DNA from: Candidatus Hermodarchaeota archaeon
GTDB lineage: Archaea > Asgardarchaeota > Lokiarchaeia > Sigyniarchaeales > SOKP01
Reading direction: 5' to 3'
Length of the DNA stretch: 19,750 nucleotides
NCBI GenBank assembly: GCA_048885535.1
Contig: JBHLLO010000058.1
Location: 1-19,750, forward strand
Position 1 is the stretch's first letter. Every line of letters starts with the position of its first letter. The notes under the pieces were generated by a model, which was not told where the DNA came from, did no database searches, and saw only the letters and a program-made list of their open reading frames with translations. Shown here piece by piece: positions 1 through 8,528 of the stretch. The translations under genes were made by a program, and so were the position numbers.

Positions 1-42
1 TTTATTTCAAAAACTATCAAAAATAAAGGTTTAAGTGGAAAA

Positions 43-483
43 ATGGTTGATAATAATTTAGCCGCCCCTTGTGGGTTATTTTGTGGTTCCTGCCGTCAAT
101 ACCTTGTCTTGAAAAAAGATCAATTGAAGGAAAGAGGTTTTAAAAAAGGTTGTAAGGGTTGTCGAATTAGAAATAAGAATTGTGCATTTATTAGAAGAGA
201 TTGTCCTGCTTTAAGAAAAAAAGAATTAGAATATTGTTTTGAGTGTGAAAAATTTCCTTGTCAAAACTTAAAAAAAATTGATAGACTCTATAGAGAAAGG
301 TATTTTGTAAGCCTTATAGATAATTTAAAAAGAAACAAAGAAATAGGAGTTGATAAATGGCTCCAAGAGCAAGAAAAACTCTATACTTGTCCTGAATGTG
401 GAGGTGAGATTTGTGTACATGATGCAGAATGTTTTGATTGTGGAAAAAAAATTAATCCAAATAAACAAATTGATGAATATTAA
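43..483 (+). CDS. DUF3795-family Cys-rich (metal-binding) protein with C-terminal zinc-ribbon-like motif
   Basis: APCGLFCGSC, CKGCR, CxxxRxxC, YCFECEKFPC pattern typical of DUF3795; extra CPECGGEICVHDAECFDCG at the C-terminus. Confidence 0.8.
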   Translation: MVDNNLAAPCGLFCGSCRQYLVLKKDQLKERGFKKGCKGCRIRNKNCAFIRRDCPALRKKELEYCFECEKFPCQNLKKIDRLYRERYFVSLIDNLKRNKEIGVDKWLQEQEKLYTCPECGGEICVHDAECFDCGKKINPNKQIDEY

Positions 484-545
484 ATGGTTAAAATTGAAAT
501 AGCATATTATTTTGTAAAATTAATAAAAAAAGGGTGAAAATATTA

Positions 546-1568
546 ATGGTGAAAGAGCAATCCTATCTAAATCAAGACATAATTGAATGGTTATTAGAAG
601 AAAGTAATCCTTCAGTACGATACTTCACTTTAATTGATATTATGGGTAAAGACGAGAAAAGTAGCGAAGTTATGAAGTCAAAGAAAAAAATTATGATGGA
701 AGGGAGTGTACCTAAAATTCTAAGCAAGCAAAAGCAAGGAGGATATTGGATAAATAAAGAGAATTTCTATGTATACACAAAATATAAAGGAACTGTGTGG
801 AGCTTTATATTACTAGCAGAGCTTAATGCCGATGGAAGAAACGATCAAATTAGACAAACTTGTGAATTTATTCTTAAAAATTCACAAGATCGTGAAAGTG
901 GAGGGTTTTCTATTCATGGGAATGAGAATGATGGTGGTGTTAAGGATCATATTATCCCGTGTTTAACTGGAAACATGATTTGGGCGCTGATAAGATTTGG
1001 ATTTTTAGAAGATCCCAAGGTTCAACATGGAATTGAATGGATTTTGAAATGCCAGCGATTTGATGATGGAATAGAAAGAGCTCCCAAAGGATGGCCGTAT
1101 GAAAGATATAAAAATTGTTGGGGAAAACATACATGTCATATGGGGGTTGTAAAAAATTTAAAAGCATTGGTTGAAATTCCTCAAGATAAAAGATCAGATA
1201 GAATAAATAATTTTATTGATAAAGCAGCTGAATATATGCTTAAGCATCACATTTACAAACAAAGCCATCATTTAGATGCAATCGCCAAGCAGGAGTGGAC
1301 TCAATTTGGTTTTCCTTTAATGTGGAATATCGATGCTTTAGATGTTCTGGATATCTTAACAAAAGTAGGTTATAAGGATAGAAGAATGCAAGATGCCATT
1401 AATTTAGTAATCGCGAAAAAGAATGAAAATGGTCGTTGGATTCTTGAAAAAACTTTCAATGGACGTATGCAAGCAAATATTGAACTAAAGGGAAAGGAAA
1501 GTAAATGGATTACATTACTTGCCTTAAGAGTTTTAAAAAGATTTCAGTCAAAGCAAAATTTCTGGTGA
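546..1568 (+). CDS. Prenyltransferase/squalene-cyclase-like alpha-alpha toroid protein, function unknown
   Basis: QW-like repeats (KQKQGGYW, SQDRESGGF, CQRFDDG, KKNENGRW), FGFPLMWNIDALDVL and C-terminal SKWITLLALRVLK. ATG at 546 is preferred over GTG 534 because GGTGA (533-537) sits 8 nt upstream. Confidence 0.7.
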   Translation: MVKEQSYLNQDIIEWLLEESNPSVRYFTLIDIMGKDEKSSEVMKSKKKIMMEGSVPKILSKQKQGGYWINKENFYVYTKYKGTVWSFILLAELNADGRNDQIRQTCEFILKNSQDRESGGFSIHGNENDGGVKDHIIPCLTGNMIWALIRFGFLEDPKVQHGIEWILKCQRFDDGIERAPKGWPYERYKNCWGKHTCHMGVVKNLKALVEIPQDKRSDRINNFIDKAAEYMLKHHIYKQSHHLDAIAKQEWTQFGFPLMWNIDALDVLDILTKVGYKDRRMQDAINLVIAKKNENGRWILEKTFNGRMQANIELKGKESKWITLLALRVLKRFQSKQNFW

Positions 1569-1583
1569 TTAATTATAGATATA

Positions 1584-2243
1584 ATGAAAGAAATAAAATA
1601 TGACCAATTAAGAGGAAATTTTCTCAAATATACCAGAAAAGCATTTGCAATTCTTCCAGAAATGCATAAACCTCGTATTCTTGATATTGGTTGTGGCTTT
1701 GGTATACTTACCGTAGAATTAGCTAGACTAAGCAATGGAGAAGTAATAGGAATAGACATTGATCAAGCTGCATTAGATGATCTAAATAATAGAGCTAAAA
1801 TCCTTGGATTATCTAATCGTATTAAAGCTATGAATTGTTCGATGTTAGAATTAAAATTTCAAGATGAGAATTTTGATATTATTTGGGCAGAAGGTGCTAT
1901 AAGACCAATTGGTTTTAAAAGAGCCTTAAAAGAATGGGGTAGAGTACTTAAAAATAATGGTTTCATGGTTGTTCACGATGATCTAGTTGGAAAGAAAAAT
2001 AAATTAAAACAGATCCCTAAATATGGATATTTATTATTTCATGAGTTCCAACTACCTGATGATGCATGGTGGGTAGAGTATTATTATCCTTTAGAGAAGC
2101 AAATTAATAAATTAAGTATTATATATAATGAAGATCCAGAATTTTTGGAAAAAATTGAAAGATTTCAAGACGAGATCGAAATATATAAGAAGGGCCCTAG
2201 TGCTTTTCGTTCAATTTTTTATATACTTCAAAAAAGAATATAA
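1584..2243 (+). CDS. Class I SAM-dependent methyltransferase
   Basis: Motif I ILDIGCGFG, acidic post-I GIDID, FDIIWAEGA, VLKNNG. Confidence 0.9.
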   Translation: MKEIKYDQLRGNFLKYTRKAFAILPEMHKPRILDIGCGFGILTVELARLSNGEVIGIDIDQAALDDLNNRAKILGLSNRIKAMNCSMLELKFQDENFDIIWAEGAIRPIGFKRALKEWGRVLKNNGFMVVHDDLVGKKNKLKQIPKYGYLLFHEFQLPDDAWWVEYYYPLEKQINKLSIIYNEDPEFLEKIERFQDEIEIYKKGPSAFRSIFYILQKRI

Positions 2244-2257
2244 GTAAAGTGAGAGAT

Positions 2258-4774
2258 ATGGATGAGATAAATATTGTTGGGGCACGGATTCATAATCTAA
2301 AAAATGTGAATGTGAATATCCCTAAGAATAAGATTATTCTAATCACAGGGGTATCAGGTTCAGGAAAATCTAGTCTCGCTTTTGATATAATTTTTGATGA
2401 GGGAATGAATAGGTATTTACAATCAATTGGTTTTCCGCCTAAGTTTGAAGATGAAAAACCATTTGATATTATTGAAGGTCTTAGTCCTACCGTGGCAGTA
2501 GAACAGAGAACTACAAGGGTTTTTAACCCTCGCTCTACAGTTGGTACAAAAACTGGGCTTTATGGACTCCTCCGTATGCTTTATGCGACAGAGGGCATTT
2601 TAATTTGCCCAATTTGTAAGAAATCCGTTAATGAAGCTACTCTAGAATGTGAAATATGTGGAATGGTTACAGAGCGTAAACAAATTAAACATTTTTCATT
2701 TAATGAGCCTTCTGGTATGTGCTTGGAATGTAAAGGAAGGGGATACACTATGCATCTTAACGAAGAAATGATAGTTCAAGATTATAATAGGAATTTAATA
2801 GAAATTACTAAAGCAGGGTCTGGTTGCTTTGCTGATCAGATTAGATTCGTTGAACAGTTACCTAGTTTTTATAATTTTGATATTAAAACAGCCTATAAAG
2901 ATCTACCAGAAAAGATTAAGAAAGTTTATTTATATGGGAGTGGAAACAAGTTACAATTTAAATGGGAGTCCAAAAGATTTAGTGGTGAATTAGAAAGGGA
3001 ATTTGAAGGAATTATTCCTCATTTAGAGAGAGCTATGACTGAGAGTAAAAGTGAATATCGAAGAAGTAAAATTGCTAAGGATTATATGAGCAAGAAAAAG
3101 TGTGAAGAATGTGTTGGCTATAGAATTAATGAACAAGCTAGAGAGATTAAGATCAATAACAAGCATATAGGAGAATTAGCAAAAATGACTATCGATGAGT
3201 TGATTGATTTCTTAGAAAACTTGGGTAATAAGGATATAAAGAGTCCCCAAGGTAAATCAATGCTAGAAAGTTTAATTAAAGGCCTAAAGCGTATGATTAA
3301 TGTTGGGCTTTCCTATTTACACTTACATCGTTCCTTACCTACTTTAAGTGGAGGAGAATTACAAAGACTATCTCTTATGACTCATCTTGATGGTGGGCTT
3401 GATTCTCTTATTTACATATTAGATGAACCAAGTATGAGTCTACATGAAAAAGAAAAAGAATCATTGATTAAGATTTTAAAAGAACTTAAAGATTTAGGAA
3501 ATACTCTAATTATTGTTGAACATGACAAACAATTTATCAAAATAGCTGATGAAATTATAGATATTGGACCAGGAGCAGGAAAAAATGGAGGAAAAATAGT
3601 TTACCAGGGAGATTTAGATGGGATTAAGCAAATTGATAATTCATATACAGGTCAATTTTTATTAGGTAAAATTAAATTACCCACTAAATCGACTCAACAA
3701 GTTAAAGTAATTAATGATGAGACAAAATTCTTAACTATTAAAAATGCTAATACAAATAATCTTAAAAGCATTAATATTAAAATACCTCTGGGTATGATGG
3801 TTGGAATTGCAGGGGTTTCCGGATCTGGTAAGAGTTCTTTAGTGTTAGATACATTAGTACCGCTTTTAAGACCTTATTTTTCTAGAAGTGCACGAAAAGT
3901 TGTAGAAAAACAAAATGAAAATGAGGAGGAGGCAGAAAATGGAGAAGATCTAACAGAATTTTCTGGAATTGTTGAGGGATGGGAAAATCTAGATGGTGTA
4001 GTTGTAGTAAACCAAAAACCAATATCTAGAGTCCGAACATCCACACCCTCTTCATTTATTGGTATTTGGGATAAAATTAGGAATTTATTTGCCAAAACTC
4101 TAGAAGCAAGAAAGAGAAAGTATACTGCAGGACATTTTTCATATAATTCTGATAATGGAAGATGCCCAGTTTGTAGAGGTAGTGGAGTTCAAGATTTACA
4201 AATTTCATTTTTAAGCAGCTTCACCATACCTTGCAAAGAATGCAAAGGATTAAGATATAAACCAGAAATCTTAGAAGTTCTCTATAAAGATAAAACTATA
4301 TCGGATGTATTAGAAATGACAGTAAGTGATGCCTTGAATTTATTCAAATCTCAAACTACCATTTCAAACACACTTAAGATTCTTGATGAGATTGGTATGG
4401 GATATATCACACTTGGGCAACCAGCTCCAACACTAAGTGGTGGAGAAGCACAACGCATTAAGTTGGCAAAAGAACTTGGAAAAACACGTAAAGGCAATTA
4501 TCTCTATATTTTAGATGAGCCTACAGTGGGATTATCATTCTTTGACGTAGTGAAATTGATTCAATTATTAAATCAGTTAGTGAAAGAAGGTAATAGCGTA
4601 CTAATTATTGAACACGATCCTGAAATTCTTGCATATTCTGATTATATAATAGAATTAGGACCTGAAGGAGGTCCAAAAGGAGGAGAAATTATTGCTACAG
4701 GAACTCCAGAAGAATTAAAAAATAACATTAATTCAAAAACAGGATCTTACCTTTTTATTCAAGGTTTATCTTAA
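2258..4774 (+). CDS. uvrA: UvrA-like ABC ATPase, class II type (no UvrB-binding domain)
   Basis: GARIHNLKNV; two Walker A motifs GVSGSGKSSL; two LSGGE signatures; YILDEP Walker B x2; zinc-finger CxxC pairs; start could be GTG 2249. Confidence 0.9.
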   Translation: MDEINIVGARIHNLKNVNVNIPKNKIILITGVSGSGKSSLAFDIIFDEGMNRYLQSIGFPPKFEDEKPFDIIEGLSPTVAVEQRTTRVFNPRSTVGTKTGLYGLLRMLYATEGILICPICKKSVNEATLECEICGMVTERKQIKHFSFNEPSGMCLECKGRGYTMHLNEEMIVQDYNRNLIEITKAGSGCFADQIRFVEQLPSFYNFDIKTAYKDLPEKIKKVYLYGSGNKLQFKWESKRFSGELEREFEGIIPHLERAMTESKSEYRRSKIAKDYMSKKKCEECVGYRINEQAREIKINNKHIGELAKMTIDELIDFLENLGNKDIKSPQGKSMLESLIKGLKRMINVGLSYLHLHRSLPTLSGGELQRLSLMTHLDGGLDSLIYILDEPSMSLHEKEKESLIKILKELKDLGNTLIIVEHDKQFIKIADEIIDIGPGAGKNGGKIVYQGDLDGIKQIDNSYTGQFLLGKIKLPTKSTQQVKVINDETKFLTIKNANTNNLKSINIKIPLGMMVGIAGVSGSGKSSLVLDTLVPLLRPYFSRSARKVVEKQNENEEEAENGEDLTEFSGIVEGWENLDGVVVVNQKPISRVRTSTPSSFIGIWDKIRNLFAKTLEARKRKYTAGHFSYNSDNGRCPVCRGSGVQDLQISFLSSFTIPCKECKGLRYKPEILEVLYKDKTISDVLEMTVSDALNLFKSQTTISNTLKILDEIGMGYITLGQPAPTLSGGEAQRIKLAKELGKTRKGNYLYILDEPTVGLSFFDVVKLIQLLNQLVKEGNSVLIIEHDPEILAYSDYIIELGPEGGPKGGEIIATGTPEELKNNINSKTGSYLFIQGLS

Positions 4775-4787
4775 AAGATAGATCTTT

Positions 4788-5210
4788 TTATTCTTTATCA
4801 TTTTTTTGAGGGTTTTCTTTTCCTGTAAATTTATTTATCAATTTTTGAATTTCTTTGCCTAATTTCGAATTTAAACTAGGATGGTTTTCTGAAGGAAGAT
4901 CTATTCCCATAATTGGAGTCAAAATCTTACCTTCTTCATCTATAACATTATATTCTTTCAGAATACTTTTTTTAGTCTCTAATTCTTCATCATTTGATAT
5001 CCAAAACATACCTTTAGGACAATTTATCAAAATTTTTGTAACTAAATGTATCTGTATCTTACAATTTGGACATGTATAATAATATTTATCGTCAAGGAAA
5101 TTTTGGATCAGTTCTGGATTTAACCAAGTATTAATCGATGCTGCCCAAGTAACCCTAAAATTATTTTTACAGTGGGGACAATTTAGTTCAGTACTAGTTA
5201 AACGCGTCAT
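4788..5210 (-). CDS. CpXC-domain protein
   Basis: CPHC...F...W..SIN...NPEL...CPNC pattern of the CpXC family. Confidence 0.75.
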   Translation of the reverse strand: MTRLTSTELNCPHCKNNFRVTWAASINTWLNPELIQNFLDDKYYYTCPNCKIQIHLVTKILINCPKGMFWISNDEELETKKSILKEYNVIDEEGKILTPIMGIDLPSENHPSLNSKLGKEIQKLINKFTGKENPQKNDKE

Positions 5211-5290
5211 TATTCACTCTACCTATTTTAAGAACTTAAAAGTTTTTTGCTTAAATATTAAAACATGATTATTATTTTAATTTATTGTTT

Positions 5291-5350
5291 TGAATATATA
5301 TTCACTTGTCGCATATGTGCGTCAGTAGTGTCACAATATTTATATATTGT
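5291..5350. promoter_or_regulatory. Divergent promoter/operator region upstream of actin: two inverted repeats flanking three phased heptamers
   Basis: Perfect palindrome TGAATATATATTCA (5291-5304); TGTCGCA/TGCGTCA/TGTCACA at 5307, 5318, 5329; ACAATAT-N4-ATATTGT (5333-5350) overlapping TATA-like TTTATATA (5339-5346). Confidence 0.5.
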
Positions 5351-5406
5351 TTTTTATATTTTAATCTTACAATAAAATTTATTAAAAATAAAATGGTGGG
5401 TTTTGT

Positions 5407-6552
5407 TTGTCAGTCAATGGGGATTTTATTGGACAAAAGCCAATTATAGTAGACAATGGAACTGGAATCTCAAAGAATGGTTATGGTGGAGAGGATCAGC
5501 CTCGCTCGGTTTTCCCTACTATGATAGGAACACCCAAATATGGAACTGTTATGCCTGATGTAGAACACTTCTCCAGAGAATATTATATTGGTGAAGAAGC
5601 AATGGAATTAAGAGGTCTTTTAAGTCTTAAATTTCCAATTGAGCATGGTATTGTAGAAGATTGGCCTGCTATGGAAAAGTTATGGCATTATACATTTTAT
5701 ACTGATCTACGAATTGATCCTTCGGAACACCCAATTCTTCTTACAGAAGCTCCACTAAATCCACGTTATAATAGAGAAAAAATAGCTGAAATCATGTTTG
5801 AGACGTTCAATGTGCCTGCATTATATGTCGCGATGCAAGCAGTGTTATCTTTATATGCTTCAGGTAGGACAACAGGTACAGTAATAGATATCGGGGATGG
5901 TGTATCTCACATAGTACCGATTTATGAAGGATTTGCATTAAGTCATGCTATACAACGAACTGATTTAGCCGGTCGAGATATAACTAGATATTTACAGAGA
6001 TTATTAAGACAAAAAGGATATTCATTTGAAACAACTGCAGAAACAGAAATTGTAAGAGATATTAAAGAAAAGCTATGTTATGTAGCAATAGACCCAGAAA
6101 AGGAACTTTTACTCTCAAAAAAGGTTACAGGTATAGAAAAAAATTATATGCTTCCTGATGGTGAAACTATTACTCTAGGAATAGAAAGATTTCTAGCTCC
6201 TGAGTGCTTTTTTAATCCGTCAGTTATAGGGAAAGAACTGGACCCAATCGATGATCTTATCGTAAGTTCTATTTCTGAATGTGATGTTGACCTTCGCCGA
6301 GATTTATATAGTAATATAGTCCTTTCTGGTGGTTCTACTATGTTTCCTGGGATTAAAGAAAGATTAACTAAAGAAATAAAAGAAATGATCTCTGAATCCG
6401 TGGACGTAAGAATCATTAGTCCTCCAGAACGAATGTACTCAGTATGGATTGGAGGTTCGATTTTAGGCTCATTAAAAACTTTTCATAGAATGTGGATTAC
6501 TAGGCGTGAATATAAAGAATATGGTCCGTCCATTATACATAGATGTTTTTAA
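5407..6552 (+). CDS. Asgard actin (eukaryotic-actin-like)
   Basis: DNGTG phosphate-1 loop, [78 protein letters not shown]-terminal GPSIIHRCF; TTG start with GGTGG at 5395-5399. Confidence 0.97.
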   Translation: MSVNGDFIGQKPIIVDNGTGISKNGYGGEDQPRSVFPTMIGTPKYGTVMPDVEHFSREYYIGEEAMELRGLLSLKFPIEHGIVEDWPAMEKLWHYTFYTDLRIDPSEHPILLTEAPLNPRYNREKIAEIMFETFNVPALYVAMQAVLSLYASGRTTGTVIDIGDGVSHIVPIYEGFALSHAIQRTDLAGRDITRYLQRLLRQKGYSFETTAETEIVRDIKEKLCYVAIDPEKELLLSKKVTGIEKNYMLPDGETITLGIERFLAPECFFNPSVIGKELDPIDDLIVSSISECDVDLRRDLYSNIVLSGGSTMFPGIKERLTKEIKEMISESVDVRIISPPERMYSVWIGGSILGSLKTFHRMWITRREYKEYGPSIIHRCF

Positions 6553-6566
6553 TTATTTTATCTAAA

Positions 6567-6580
6567 TTTTTTTTTATTTT
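6567..6580 (+). terminator. Possible archaeal T-tract terminator/attenuator after actin
   Basis: T9 run (6567-6575) followed by ATTTT, starting 15 nt after the actin stop. Confidence 0.35.
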
Positions 6581-6603
6581 ATATTGAAGTGGTTGAGTAA
6601 AAG

Positions 6604-7806
6604 TTGGAAAAAATTGTAAGAAAATTAGATAAGTATGTTTCAAAAGATAGTAGGATAATTTCAACTACTATAATCGAAGGTGAAAATAATATTCTTTATT
6701 CATCAGATAATTGGGATATTTCTGGTGATTTAGAAAGTATTAACGCTTTATGGAATTCAGAAAATCTCGGTGAATTAATTATTGAAAATATTAAATACAA
6801 GGTTTTACAAAATTCTTCAGAAAAGCTTGTTGCTGTAAATTTGGAGAAGAAAGGGAGCATAATTGGTTTTAAAGATAGTGAAAGGAAAATAATCAGCAGA
6901 ATCGAGCCTGGTGAATCTGCTTATTTAGGTTTAATAGAAACTTCAAGAACTTTGGGGGAATTAAGTAAAAAGAAACCTTATTTAAATCCAAAAGTGATTT
7001 TAGGAAAAGATAAAGAAATCAAATGGGCGACTCCAAAAGTCCTCCTCGATGATGCTCAAAATCTTCAAAGATTGGGCTTATTAAAAGCAGGGTTATCATT
7101 CGAGGAGGCAAAAGTATATTTAACCTTGCTTCAAAGTGGCGAAAGAGGGGAAAAAGTAGGAAATTTAAATAAAAAACTAGAGATAAAAAGGACAACAATA
7201 TATCGAATTATAGAACGGTTAGTAAATAAAAGGTGGGTAGATAAAGTAATGGAAAGACCAACTGGTACAACAATCTATGTTGCTCGACCTCTTAATGAAA
7301 TTATTGATAATTTAATTAGAGATAAAGAAAATGAATTAAAGTTGCTAAAGAGCTTCAGATATATTATGGGAGAAAGTTCAGAGAATGGATGGATTGATGT
7401 TTCTAAAGATTTTAACACTTTAGGAATCGTTGGTGTAGAAAAAGATTGTGGTTTAATCATCTTTGAATATGGTAAAACTGTTAAGGAAGAAGTTATTCTA
7501 CAAGCAGCTTTACAATTGTCTTATGAGAAATTAAAGGAACATTTGCAACCAGAACCCGAAATTGAAGAATTCACAATTCCTGATTTAGAAGAAATCAAAA
7601 TAATTCATAGGAAAATTGATGATTATTTTGGAGCTATTATGGAATTGAAATTTAAGGAGGGAAGTGCTATAGCAAATAATGTTGGAACAGATTGGATCGT
7701 AGCTGCTAAACATGTTGCAGTACCTATTGATGATAAAATTTATGTGATTTGGGGTTCTGAAGAGAAGTTTCCAATCTTGTTGAGTATAATTTTAAAAATT
7801 AGTTGA
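6604..7806 (+). CDS. Profilin-like domain fused to TrmB-type winged-helix domain and an unknown C-terminal alpha/beta domain
   Basis: aa 1-120: IIEGENNILYSSDNWDISGDL...LIIENIKYKVLQNSSEKLVAVNLEKKGSIIG resembles Loki profilins; aa ~155-250: GLSFEEAKVYLTLL...LEIKRTTIYRIIERLVNKRWV...YVARP is the TrmB N-terminal wHTH pattern. Confidence 0.75.
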   Translation: MEKIVRKLDKYVSKDSRIISTTIIEGENNILYSSDNWDISGDLESINALWNSENLGELIIENIKYKVLQNSSEKLVAVNLEKKGSIIGFKDSERKIISRIEPGESAYLGLIETSRTLGELSKKKPYLNPKVILGKDKEIKWATPKVLLDDAQNLQRLGLLKAGLSFEEAKVYLTLLQSGERGEKVGNLNKKLEIKRTTIYRIIERLVNKRWVDKVMERPTGTTIYVARPLNEIIDNLIRDKENELKLLKSFRYIMGESSENGWIDVSKDFNTLGIVGVEKDCGLIIFEYGKTVKEEVILQAALQLSYEKLKEHLQPEPEIEEFTIPDLEEIKIIHRKIDDYFGAIMELKFKEGSAIANNVGTDWIVAAKHVAVPIDDKIYVIWGSEEKFPILLSIILKIS

Positions 7807-7838
7807 TGCTTTTAATTCGGATAATCATAAATGCATCT

Positions 7839-8429
7839 TTAAATTTCCTTTTTAATCTCATCATAAAAATTCATAATAATCTTATGCCTCTTTTCAGCAA
7901 TTTTTTTTGAGATATCAAGGAATAATAAATCCTTAATTTTAAGAATTTTTTCTTCCAAATGTTTAATTACATCATTCAAATTACCTTTCTTTTGAATAGT
8001 ATACCCAATAGTTCGGTATAACCCGATTGCTCCAATTGCATCTAATTTATCAGCATCAGATAAAATCTTTGCCTCAAGAGTTCTTGGTTTTATATTATTT
8101 GAAAATGAATGTGATTTGATACAATGAATTATATTTTCTAATTCTTCATCAGTAATATTAAAATTTTGAGAAGTTAAATACATTTTAGCAAGATTGGCAG
8201 AAATTTCAGCATGGCCTTTCTTGATTCTAATATCTTTCTCTTTTTTTCTCCCTAGATCATGGAGTAAAGTCGATATTTTTAAGATTTTTAGGTTAGCATT
8301 AAGTTGGTTCCCCAAAATCAAGCATAAATTGTAAACTCTCTCAATATGAGGAAATCCATGAATATCATCTAATTCAGAGTTAACAATTATATGATCACGA
8401 ATAATCTTAATGAAATTTTCATTTTTCAT
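7839..8429 (-). CDS. HD-domain metal-dependent phosphohydrolase
   Basis: HGFPHIERV, LLHDLGR, HA, HS, DADKLDAIGAIG. Confidence 0.9.
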   Translation of the reverse strand: MKNENFIKIIRDHIIVNSELDDIHGFPHIERVYNLCLILGNQLNANLKILKISTLLHDLGRKKEKDIRIKKGHAEISANLAKMYLTSQNFNITDEELENIIHCIKSHSFSNNIKPRTLEAKILSDADKLDAIGAIGLYRTIGYTIQKKGNLNDVIKHLEEKILKIKDLLFLDISKKIAEKRHKIIMNFYDEIKKEI

Positions 8430-8528
8430 TGGAAAATTCTTTCAAATTTTTCAATTATTTATTATATATTAGGAAAAACAAAAAAGTAAATAAATTATTG
8501 AGTTTAAATAAAAACCTTGTTTAAATTA

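Noticed and set aside
546-1568. Calling the toroid protein a squalene/oxidosqualene cyclase or NifH
   Set aside because: Single-domain length, no DxDD/DCTAE catalytic motif and no P-loop
1566-1586. TGA stop of the toroid gene is in frame with the downstream methyltransferase with no intervening stop (possible read-through fusion)
   Set aside because: No Cys/redox context (QNFW*), no SECIS-like hairpin noticed, and an in-frame arrangement over 15 nt is easily chance
5393-5449. Short out-of-frame upstream ORF starting ATG 5393 and overlapping the actin start
   Set aside because: The ATG overlaps the GGTGG ribosome-binding site; no evidence of function
7804-7815. Profilin-wHTH gene ends TGA TGC TTT TAA (would give Sec-Cys-Phe)
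   Set aside because: Only two extra codons, no SECIS-like structure seen, and a convergent gene ends 32 nt away
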